From contig JBBRPR010000009.1 of assembly GCA_038227875.1 (NCBI GenBank), forward strand, positions 32,001 to 96,000: a stretch of 64,000 nt of DNA. The letters run 5' to 3'. The notes below the pieces were generated by a model that made no database searches, had not been told where the DNA came from, and saw only the letters and a list, made by a program, of their open reading frames with translations. The position numbers and the translations under genes were made by a program. Below, piece by piece: positions 55,101 to 61,821 of the stretch. Origin of the DNA: Planctomycetota bacterium (GTDB lineage: Bacteria; Planctomycetota; SZUA-567; H5-PLA8). How positions within the stretch are numbered: position 1 is the stretch's first letter; each line of letters opens with the position of its first letter.

Positions 55101-56153
55101 GCAGGTGCTGTCGGTCGGAAAAACAAGCGCGCGGGGCGCGGCAGCGGGGAACGGGCCGGAGAAAATCGTCCGCCCTCCGGCGATGCCCGCAGCGATCGCG
55201 CCGTAAATGCGGATCAGTTCGCCGCCGCTGGCCGCAGCGGAGAACGTGCCGCCCGTATCGTCGGCGATGCGCTGCAGCAGATCGCGATCGGCATCCGGTC
55301 CCAGCGCAACGGTGTGGATGGGAATGCCCGCCGCGCGCGCCAGGCGATGCGCGTCGCCGTAGATGCCGGGTTCCTGCACGCCGTCGGTGAGCAGCACGAT
55401 CGCGCCGGTGCCGGAGCCCTTCCCGGGACCGTGGAGCATCTCCACGGCCTTGCGGATGCTGCCGTCGATATCTGTGAAACCATCGGCCGTGATGGCTTTG
55501 AGCGCGCGTTGAAATTTGTCGTCGTCGCTGATCGGTGTGAGCGGGAGCAATTCATGAACCTGCGAGGCGAACTGGATAATACCGATGCTGCCGATGCCGC
55601 CGGACGTTTTTCCCGTCGCGATAAAGCGCCGAGCCGCTTCGATGCGCGACTTTTCCGGATCGGACGTCGTCATCGAGCCAGATCCGTCGAGCAGCAGTAC
55701 CACGCTGGGTAGTCCAGTACGGAACGAGACGGCTTTGCTCAGCCGCGTTTCGCCGGCTTCGTTGCCTCCCGGGAACGACCAGCGCAGCAGAATGTCGTAC
55801 GCCTGCTCGTCGTCCTTCTTGAGCGACGTGAGTCCGCGCAGATGCGCGATGAATTCATTGGCGCGCGTCGGAGAGGGCCAGATCAGCGCGCGCGCCGACT
55901 CCGGAGCGTCGGTCTTTGGCGCCGGCTGTCCCGGTTCGATCAACCACGCTCGGAGCTGCGGCAACACGCCTTGCGCGCCGTCCGTTTTCAAATTCGGCTT
56001 GAGGATCAGTTCCAGCGCATCGTCCTGCCCGAGCACGACCGTCCCGCTGCCGGGAAGCGTAATTTCGTCCGCGCAGAACGCGTGAACGCAGCAAAGCACC
56101 GACGCGAGCGCCACGAGACGCAGCAGGACTGTCGCTGGGGTTCGTTGCGCCAT
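49179..56153 (-). CDS. giant vWA, Ig-like, TM-hairpin, Gly-rich, DUF4159-like and carbohydrate-binding-like protein
   Basis: Signal peptide; MIDAS 'DGSGS', 'LLTDG'; 'DDGTHEDGTAGDGIY'; Ig-like repeats; two TMs including SGLLH; long Gly-rich linker; 'YVENGGTLWFND', 'HPLFHS', 'FGINLLAY'. Confidence 0.8.
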   Translation of the reverse strand: MAQRTPATVLLRLVALASVLCCVHAFCADEITLPGSGTVVLGQDDALELILKPNLKTDGAQGVLPQLRAWLIEPGQPAPKTDAPESARALIWPSPTRANEFIAHLRGLTSLKKDDEQAYDILLRWSFPGGNEAGETRLSKAVSFRTGLPSVVLLLDGSGSMTTSDPEKSRIEAARRFIATGKTSGGIGSIGIIQFASQVHELLPLTPISDDDKFQRALKAITADGFTDIDGSIRKAVEMLHGPGKGSGTGAIVLLTDGVQEPGIYGDAHRLARAAGIPIHTVALGPDADRDLLQRIADDTGGTFSAAASGGELIRIYGAIAAGIAGGRTIFSGPFPAAAPRALVFPTDSTCRTLVASVSSESSGTLTVKSPKGETETTSAAEHPVFHKISPPPGAWTAQWPAGASARLEASAHTSLYPLFFRAATDATGTVEIDPDDPRIGLSLTDGATPLAGATVDVSLEIADRSERLAAILFDDGTHEDGTAGDGIYAGFVAKLAGLDLPVGTTGVITATVSGKRAVGEDFRREVRAHWTLVRGSARGLVVPHALDLGTHFAGERVSGELLVRVRGAGGNYRFTSKTAANMTDLSKQLVLLDDRHALPSREAATLPLQLTLPDELGPGSYGGLIELELDGEKQAPKVTASVPWHVRVKLPELALNRFALLDLGSVAPGAQIQASLPLATRGGRTRLAGVELNDCAYWTSLLRLPRGHAAPLSVPRSELLKLTAAPEPFVLDEHRQAANFTFTVSPECRAGTLEREVVLRGSGRELGRVLVRVDVQPQWFELGGDLNFGQLEPGDAAAQTLSWKLGGGDAQSVRVNSAASNVIVDASKPNDARVALKLPADAPAGSTSGTITLHGNAADAAVRWTANVVQPELNLSATALDFGSIFPGQTRKLAFRATFKGVRPTSLIAAIEAPPTKPLVRTIHLAEDALKILTRATTLQPGGDAEVALELRVPDSAQDGIYKTSVKVVSRLGAVEIPVAFQVVYPIPLPPFHVTPIEVVLNVYDGQPDKPVTVTVFSQSDEPLPIRAHCEPTAGMAHISAELIRDAEAAPEKSFVLPGRGEAKFHIRALTDSEDGDQTLIVVESGSERQTIHATVVHSHRISATPTPHTEGFDWWTLLIIIPLMICAVFVRKLVKRRWVRVAAYSGLLHFGLFFFIVIPQSRKDDSFGSVEASQGMDIDLTKLDDGGGATEADGGAAGAVNDTPAAAGPRGGDGLAALGGGKENANGALAGLKDGGNGPGGPAAAAAIQKAGAGDAAPAGGGPAFERGPSTGGPDEALAMNDDPGGVAPLVPAAKPEPAGAPAAAHVPLTTSKIELPAGSNGPGTKQASSAAAAKTEAGGGNPDEKVVLVGAPGAARGDGQPLAMDDIPLIADTVGAPSPDAPKLETRGPAKSTLGEPSAPATVTSIAATSNPGASALGPEIKNSAPATRYISGTSGAVVPENGKAWGDSGAERGSAVAGTESNRKTGLLVGRGDDDALDAGPVLGEGLASSGNSGKTTTSSGAGGSKDGASISGAGANGLGGEGTLPRGEGTLPRGGHGLTTATGTGRGLGSGEGLGGSGNGTGDGIGRGAGPGNHGFGGPGGLGNGYGGKGDGSGIAGRAIGSGRGGSGTGTGGAGFGNGHGIGDAPLDLGGNGSGTGGNGNGNGSGTGTAAAGNGAGTGAGSGNGTGIASGNGDGGPGSPRGLPGGIGTLGGRGTGGNDIGIASGGSGHGLGMGSQTGGVASGLGNGLPGSNGESLTSRSIGNGRGTGSGSGRPGPGDAPLDADPLGAGSGAGSVAQAHGNGTGIGNGKGIGDEGPPGPRGNGPLGVSGLTNGKGTGGGGTELAGLGLGSGGLGGHGPAGSGTSGTGSGHGASGFGSGSGGKASVQAAIDGLTLDRGGKNSSAALAHSGAESHDRPHWGPPGGTVLRVNLGLAQHAADWNSSPTALFNLATAFRERCGLPDVEAEVRTVKLDDPKAMASCRFLLFTANYAIPFSDAELLAMRAYVENGGTLWFNDSGASGDERFDLALRKDMVRLFPGQKLEKLEMTHPLFHSAYDLTHGYKGYRVPPGDKYRQEFMEGITLAGRDGKPRAALIYTRNDYADGLEIDPRNIAGRPSLTDLTADEMLEGSLRFGINLLAYSLGSDAPQMPPPPESAAQFEKIYRYNGPPLKIVDAFSAAVGDDGNPVWAIQEWGNPAKFELVDGPSGATGLKAIKIAFQSGDKMKAAAGRNVELNLAAANSIVVDIHSSLNHGFNVALLFSTKPEWLGYESRPIFIRPGWNRNVRFPLNLDDFKTAKNDWKVYDQPFTPRASIGHIDFLLYNLNENGEVKIESFRVESSN
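51537..51583. repeat. perfect 21-bp tandem duplication (GEGTLPR x2)
   Basis: GCCGCGCGGCAACGTGCCTTC x2 plus GCCGC. Confidence 0.9.
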
Positions 56154-56193
56154 ACGGGTCTCGCTACTTTTCGTTACAGATGCATCCGGTGCT

Positions 56194-56228
56194 CATTCGA
56201 CATTCGACATTCGTCACTCGACATTCAA
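56194..56228. repeat. heptamer tandem repeat (CATTCGA x5, degenerate)
   Basis: cattcga cattcga cattcgt cactcga cattcaa. Confidence 0.75.
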
Positions 56229-56229
56229 C

Positions 56230-59200
56230 TCAGTCCTTCTTTTCCGCCACGGGCGCACCCAGCACCTTTAAGCGCTCGCGGGCCACTTCGGCGCGGTCGC
56301 TCTGCGGGCGGTCGGAGACGACCTTACGGTAGTAGCCGATCGCCTGGCTCGGATCGTTCATCGCTTCGCTGGCTTTGGCGCAGAGCATCAAGGCCTGGTC
56401 GAGCAGCTTCGATTCGCCGCGATCGATGACGATGCGCAGCGCGAGCTTCTTGGCCTCCTCGGGCTTCTTGGCATCGAGCGCGATCTGCGCGAGTCCGATC
56501 ACGGCGCGTTCGCCGATGTCGTCGAGTTCCGCCTCGAGGCCCTTCTCGCCGAGCGCATTCATGTACGCGTCGCGCGCGGCGTCGGGCTTCTGTTCGCGCA
56601 GGCGGCATTCGGCGATGCCGCAGTACGCATCGCGCGCGCTTTCACCGTTGGGAAATTGCTTGAGGTACTGCTCGAACGCTTTCGCCGCTTCCGGGGCTCG
56701 ACCGGCTTTCAACTGCGTGTCGGCGCTGGCCAGCAGCGCTTTTTCGGCAAACGGCGCCGCGGGTTGTTTGTCGAGGAGTTCCTTCCAGAGACCCAGCGCG
56801 CCATCGAGATTGTTGGAGTCGGCCAGGATTTTGGCGCGGTGGTATCGCGCTTCCGCGGAGAACGGGCCGGTGGGGTCGAGCTTGATCAGTTCGTCAAATG
56901 TGCCGTCGGCTTTCTTGAGCTCGTTGGTGCGGCGGTAGCACCAGGCCATGTTCAACCACGCGGCAGAGAGCGCCGGCGTCGGGATCGGCGGATCTTTGAT
57001 CTGCGCGGCGGCGTCGAGCGCCTTGCGGTAGCTGGCGGCGGCCTCGGCGTGTTTGCCGGCTTCGTAGAGCAGATTGCCCAGTTGGAAGGGCACTTCGAAC
57101 GCCGCCGGACCCGTCAGTGCCAGCTTGGCGATCTTTTCGAACTGCGCCTGAGCTCCGGCGATGTCTTTGAGCTCCTTCGCGCTCGCGGCGATGAGGATCG
57201 CTGCTTCCAGTTCGGCAGCGTCGGATGCGTTCAGTTCCTTCGTGCCGATAAAGTCGCTCAGATCTTTCTTCGCTTCCTCAAAGTGCTTCGTATTGAAGCG
57301 CAGCTTGCCGCGTCGCAACAGCCCGATGCGCACTTCCGGCGCGTCGGCGGGACCGGCCGCGATGAGATCGGAGTACGCCTTCTCAGCGTCGCCTTCCTTA
57401 CCAGTCGCAGCTTCGAGGCAGAGTCCCCTCACGACGTATGCAGCGGTGGTGTGTTCCTTGGTTTTGTCCGCGCGCTTGAGCAGCGCGTCGACATCCGCCA
57501 GCGCTTCGGCGGTCTTGCCGAGGGTGAAGCGCATCCGTGCGCGCAGCAATAACGCATCGGGGATGAGCGTGGGATCGGCGCCGGTGGCGCCTGGCGGCGG
57601 CGGATTGTCGAGCAGCTTGTCGAGGAATGTCAGCGCTTCGGCTGGCTTGGTCTTGCTCAGCATCTGCGCCGCTTCAAAATTCGCGTGCGCGGCGAAGGTT
57701 GAGCCCGCGGCTTCTTTCAGCAGCGTCGTGTAGTCGGCCAGCGCCTTCGCCGATTCGCCGGCATCGTTCGATTTCGCAGAGCCATCCAATCGCGCGCGGC
57801 CGCGCAGGTAGAGCATCTCCGCGCGGAGATCTGCGGCCGGGGCGGGCGTCGCAGCCAGCGCTTTATCCAGCTGCGCGATCGCGCCGGGAAAATCCTTCGC
57901 CGCATGCCGGCACCATGCCAGGCGCAGTGCGACGAGGTCCAGCTGCATTTTCGCGGGTTCAGCTTTCACGGCGGGAAGTTCGCTGTACTGCTTGAGCAGC
58001 GCTTCGGCCGGTTCGTATTGATTGGCGCGGAACGCGTAGTCGGCGGCGGCGAAGAGCGCTTTGCGGCGCAGCTCGGCGCGTTCGGTCTGAATCGCCGGCG
58101 TCGCGTTGGCTGGCGCTTCGTCGAGTTGCTTAAGCAGCGCTTGCGTCTGCGCGAGCGCTTCGGGCAGCTTGTTGGACTGCGCCTGCAAAAATGCGAGCTG
58201 ATACCGCGCGGGCAACGCGAAGCGCGACGCTCCGTAGTCCTTCACGATGGTCTCGTAATACTGCTGCCCGGCGGGGCCGGAGAGATCGGCGAGCAGAATC
58301 AGCGCGGCGGCGCGCTGTTCGGCGTACTCGGGCGCATTGGAGCCCAGCGCTTCGGCTTCCTTCAACGCAGCCTGCGCGGCGGCGAGCGCGGCGTCGTTCT
58401 GCTTTTGCGCGGCGAGCGTGCGGGCCTTGATGCGCGCGACGAGCGGCCGGTCGGAACCTTTCGGAAACGACGCGAGGTAGACGCTGGCGAGTTCGCCGGC
58501 TTCCGCGTTCTGGCCCTGGTCTTCGAGCAGGCTTACGCCTTGGAGCACGGCCGTTGGCGTATCGGGATGGTCGGGGTAACCCTGCGCGAGCGCCTTGTAC
58601 GCAGCGATGGCCTTGGCGGTGTCTTTCGCATGCAGCAGAAATTCAGCGCGCCAGAGCGTTACGTCGCGGGCCTGATCCTTGCCACCGGTGAGGCCGGCGA
58701 CCTTATCGAGCGCGCTGAGCGCGTCCGCGGGCTTGCCGAGCTGATCGAGCGTACGCGCGAGCATCAGTTCGCTTTCCGCGGCTTTCGGATGTTCCGGCGT
58801 CTGCGCGGTGACGGAGAAATTCGCGGCGGCGTCTTCGTACGCCTTCGTGTCGAACGCGACCCAGCCCAGTCCTTCGGAGGCATCCGGAATCAATTCCGAC
58901 TTCGGAAATTCGCGCTTTAAGCGATCCCAGTAGGTCTTGGCCTGATCGAATTTCTTCAAGCCGTACGCGCTATCGCCGGCGTAGTAGAGCACCGATTCAA
59001 AGAGCTTCGGCAGCGACGGCGGCGCATCGGCCTTGCCCAGGCGCGACTGGTTTTCGCGTAGAAAGATTTCGCCGCACTCGACGCTCTTGGGGAACTCTTT
59101 GAGGTACCAATGAACCTTGACCGCACGTTGGAGCGCGTCGATGCGGCGCGGAGAGGCCGGGAAGTCGGCCAGGAACTTGTCGAGATCGCGGGCGGCCCGG

Positions 59201-59448
59201 GCGTAGTCCTTGAGCTGGTATTCGCTTTCGGCCAGCAGGAGCCGGGCCTGTTCGGCGCGTTCGGACTTGGGGTAATTATCGAGGTACTTCGCCAGTTCTT
59301 CGGACGCAAATTTGTATTCGTGGAGCGTGTAAAGATGCTGCGCGTGCTTGAAATCCGCATCTTCGCTCGCGGCAAACACCCGGCCGGCCGCCGGCCCCAG
59401 GACAACCCAAACCACTCCGATCGCGACCAGCTGGACGGTTCGATTCAC
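56230..59448 (-). CDS. exported tetratricopeptide-repeat protein (CpoB/BamD-type repeats)
   Basis: SD GGAGG then GTG at 59448; signal peptide; many 'YP.S..A..A.Y..' TPR units. Confidence 0.85.
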   Translation of the reverse strand: MNRTVQLVAIGVVWVVLGPAAGRVFAASEDADFKHAQHLYTLHEYKFASEELAKYLDNYPKSERAEQARLLLAESEYQLKDYARAARDLDKFLADFPASPRRIDALQRAVKVHWYLKEFPKSVECGEIFLRENQSRLGKADAPPSLPKLFESVLYYAGDSAYGLKKFDQAKTYWDRLKREFPKSELIPDASEGLGWVAFDTKAYEDAAANFSVTAQTPEHPKAAESELMLARTLDQLGKPADALSALDKVAGLTGGKDQARDVTLWRAEFLLHAKDTAKAIAAYKALAQGYPDHPDTPTAVLQGVSLLEDQGQNAEAGELASVYLASFPKGSDRPLVARIKARTLAAQKQNDAALAAAQAALKEAEALGSNAPEYAEQRAAALILLADLSGPAGQQYYETIVKDYGASRFALPARYQLAFLQAQSNKLPEALAQTQALLKQLDEAPANATPAIQTERAELRRKALFAAADYAFRANQYEPAEALLKQYSELPAVKAEPAKMQLDLVALRLAWCRHAAKDFPGAIAQLDKALAATPAPAADLRAEMLYLRGRARLDGSAKSNDAGESAKALADYTTLLKEAAGSTFAAHANFEAAQMLSKTKPAEALTFLDKLLDNPPPPGATGADPTLIPDALLLRARMRFTLGKTAEALADVDALLKRADKTKEHTTAAYVVRGLCLEAATGKEGDAEKAYSDLIAAGPADAPEVRIGLLRRGKLRFNTKHFEEAKKDLSDFIGTKELNASDAAELEAAILIAASAKELKDIAGAQAQFEKIAKLALTGPAAFEVPFQLGNLLYEAGKHAEAAASYRKALDAAAQIKDPPIPTPALSAAWLNMAWCYRRTNELKKADGTFDELIKLDPTGPFSAEARYHRAKILADSNNLDGALGLWKELLDKQPAAPFAEKALLASADTQLKAGRAPEAAKAFEQYLKQFPNGESARDAYCGIAECRLREQKPDAARDAYMNALGEKGLEAELDDIGERAVIGLAQIALDAKKPEEAKKLALRIVIDRGESKLLDQALMLCAKASEAMNDPSQAIGYYRKVVSDRPQSDRAEVARERLKVLGAPVAEKKD

Positions 59449-59589
59449 GCAATTGCCTCCGGCCCCAGAGCTTTCCCTAATATGTATACCGCTATCTCGG
59501 CGCAACGTTGCGCGAAATCGGGGTTCGTACCTTATATAGGAAGACGCCGCGAAACGGAGTGTCACGATGGAAACTTACTGCGGCGGAGC

Positions 59590-59679
59590 ACCCTAGGACC
59601 GAATTCGTCCTAGGGTACCCAGTGGTGGATTATAACCATAGAGACTACAGTCTCTATGGTCAGGCAAATTTGCCTGACC
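59590..59679. repeat. cluster of three strong inverted repeats
   Basis: ACCCTAGGAC-N7-GTCCTAGGGT (59590-59616); ACCATAGAGACT-ac-AGTCTCTATGGT (59635-59660); GGTCAGGCAAA|TTTGCCTGACC (59658-59679). Confidence 0.8.
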
Positions 59680-59695
59680 CTGGCGACCCTTGTCG

Positions 59696-60805
59696 CTAGG
59701 GTAACTTTTTTCCCCATTTGAGTACTAATTCCGACGCCACCGCGACGGAGCGCAGGTCGAACGTCTGCGTATAATCGCGATAAGGCTCAAACGCGGCATC
59801 CGCTTGAAGTTTACGCAGCTTTTCCTCGGCCGGGATTGGCTCGCTGAGCAGTTCGAGCAACGCGGTCTGAAAATCCCAGAGCGATGCGTTGTCGTGTCCT
59901 TCCTGAAGCAGCGCCGGCGACGGAATGAGCCGCGGCCGCCGGTTTTTTGGCGGAGTCCATGTGCGGACGAGCTCACGGAGCCGCTGGTAGTCCTCGCGAA
60001 AGCTCGCGCGCTGGTCTTCGCTTGGCATTGTGCCGCCAAGGCGCTCGAAGATTACCGATTCGACGTGGGGGCAGCGTTCGAGCGCGATGGCGACGAGGTC
60101 GTAAACTTCCTCCGGCACCGCGCCGTCGTGGGTATCGCGCCGAAACTTTCCGAATTCGAAGTTCGACCACGATCCGCCGGAGACGTGAAGTTCGCGCACG
60201 CGCTGCAGCGGGTAGAGATCGAGCAGCGCATCGGCGCGGATGTCGAAGTTGAACATCTGGCAGAAAATGTTGTGAAGGTCGAGCAGTAGAAATCCGTCCG
60301 ACGGCGCGAGCAGTTCGTCGAGAAACGCGCCCTGTTCGCGGACGTCGTGCGGGCCGAAGGCGAAGGCAAGATTCTCCAGCCCGATCGGCACGCCGGCCGC
60401 TTCCCGCAACGTGGCCAGCCGAGCGCGGCCGAGTTCCAGCGTCTGCCGCGAGCGCGGAACGGGCAGCGGCGCGGAGTCGTGAAACGACGCGGTGGTCATG
60501 AAGCCGAAGTGTTCTGAAATGTGCGTGTAGCTCCGGCGACCCACTTCGCGGCCCAGATTTTCAAGCCAATGGTCCTGCTGCGGATGGTCTTTTCCGGAGA
60601 GCGCGGAGAACTGGACACCGTGGCCGAGGAGTAGTTTGGATTCAGAATAAAAATTGACCAGCTCGGCCAGCCAGTCCGGCTCGCCGGCCCAGCCGGTATC
60701 GAAGCTGTATTCGAGAATCTCGACCTGACCGGCTTCGAACAGTGGCAGTGATGCGGCGCGGAAATCGTCGTGCGCGTGCAGATTCAAACCGACGCGCACA
60801 GCCAT
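59696..60805 (-). CDS. DUF692/MNIO multinuclear non-heme iron enzyme, ChrH-like
   Basis: 'GHGV', 'SEHFG', 'GLENL', 'LLLDLHN', 'ELHVSGG', 'RRDTHD', 'IFER'; C-terminal extension ending KWG. Confidence 0.9.
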   Translation of the reverse strand: MAVRVGLNLHAHDDFRAASLPLFEAGQVEILEYSFDTGWAGEPDWLAELVNFYSESKLLLGHGVQFSALSGKDHPQQDHWLENLGREVGRRSYTHISEHFGFMTTASFHDSAPLPVPRSRQTLELGRARLATLREAAGVPIGLENLAFAFGPHDVREQGAFLDELLAPSDGFLLLDLHNIFCQMFNFDIRADALLDLYPLQRVRELHVSGGSWSNFEFGKFRRDTHDGAVPEEVYDLVAIALERCPHVESVIFERLGGTMPSEDQRASFREDYQRLRELVRTWTPPKNRRPRLIPSPALLQEGHDNASLWDFQTALLELLSEPIPAEEKLRKLQADAAFEPYRDYTQTFDLRSVAVASELVLKWGKKLP

Positions 60806-60807
60806 CG

Positions 60808-61134
60808 TCAGCCTCTACCGCACGGCGGACAGTAATCGGGGGAATTTTCCGGCTTGGCTTTCGGCGTTGCCGCCGGGGCCGGCGTGACGCACTGTTTGGG
60901 CTGTGCGGTTTCGATACGGCTAGGGAGCACCTTCGGATTTTCAGTGATGGGTTGCTGAGTCGTGACAGTTGTCGCTGGTTTGACGACAATCGGCGCGGAG
61001 GGCGTCGTGTTCGGCACGTCGGCCGATTGCGCCTGCCCGCAGCCGCTCAGGAAAAGTGCGAGTCCCGCGCCGCCAATGATCTGGCCGATGTGGCTCGGGC
61101 GCATTTTCGACAGGATCGAGTTGGGAATCTTCAT
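60808..61134 (-). CDS. putative RiPP precursor (chryseobasin ChrA-like), C-terminal CPPCGRG
   Basis: SD GGAGGAG; MKIP start; hydrophobic segment and lipobox LSGC; Pro/Thr-rich linker; ends DYCPPCGRG; 2 nt from the MNIO start. Confidence 0.8.
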   Translation of the reverse strand: MKIPNSILSKMRPSHIGQIIGGAGLALFLSGCGQAQSADVPNTTPSAPIVVKPATTVTTQQPITENPKVLPSRIETAQPKQCVTPAPAATPKAKPENSPDYCPPCGRG

Positions 61135-61238
61135 GTTCAGCTCCTCCGCTTTTCTACTGTAGACCTCGCGGAGCGCACCTGGTTTCTAAGAAAATATGAT
61201 TCTTGATATCCGTTCATCCCATCGACTAACATCATGAC

Positions 61239-61814
61239 ATGCGTCGCAATCGAGTGAAAGTGAATCCTGAGAACCTCGTGCCCACCAATAGCTGGGGCAT
61301 TCCTGACTACTACGAGGATCAAACCTTCACGTGCAGAGGCTGCCAGGAGAAGTTTGTCTTCACGGCCAGTGAGCAGCGGGCCTGGTATGAGCATTTCAAA
61401 ATTCCCATCCATGCCGGCCGAGTGCGGTGTCCCGATTGTCAGGACGAGCACAAGGACGACATTTCGCTCAAGCAGCACTTTGACGAGGCCACGGAGCAAC
61501 TAAAAAGTCATCCCGACCACTGGGCCATCAACCTTGAGTTTGGCCGCCTGGCCGTGATGCTTCATGAATCCAGCGGCGGCGGAAAATATATGGATCGAGC
61601 GATCGCAGCGTTGAAACGTGCGCACGATTTGAACTCAAAAGCGCACGAAGCCGTCTACTGGCTGGGCCGCTGTTACGAGTTCACCGGAAACATGAAAAGG
61701 CAGAAGGAGTGCCTTTTGTCGTTTCTGGCGGCGACCGAATCGAAAAAGAAAGGCGAATTGAAGCGCCTGCGCAAAGACGCGGAGAATCGGTTGCTCAAAA
61801 TCTCCGGTGCGTGA
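61239..61814 (+). CDS. zinc-ribbon (zf-trcl-like) and TPR protein
   Basis: 'YEDQTFTCRGCQEKFVFTASEQRAWYE...RCPDC'; TPR-like 'AVYWLGRCYE'. Confidence 0.8.
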   Translation: MRRNRVKVNPENLVPTNSWGIPDYYEDQTFTCRGCQEKFVFTASEQRAWYEHFKIPIHAGRVRCPDCQDEHKDDISLKQHFDEATEQLKSHPDHWAINLEFGRLAVMLHESSGGGKYMDRAIAALKRAHDLNSKAHEAVYWLGRCYEFTGNMKRQKECLLSFLAATESKKKGELKRLRKDAENRLLKISGA

Positions 61815-61821
61815 CGGCCTG

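Noticed and set aside
50519..55712. long plus-strand ORFs (454, 276 and 1003 aa)
   Set aside because: Antisense shadows of the GC-rich, Gly-rich 2324-aa gene; no recognisable motifs.
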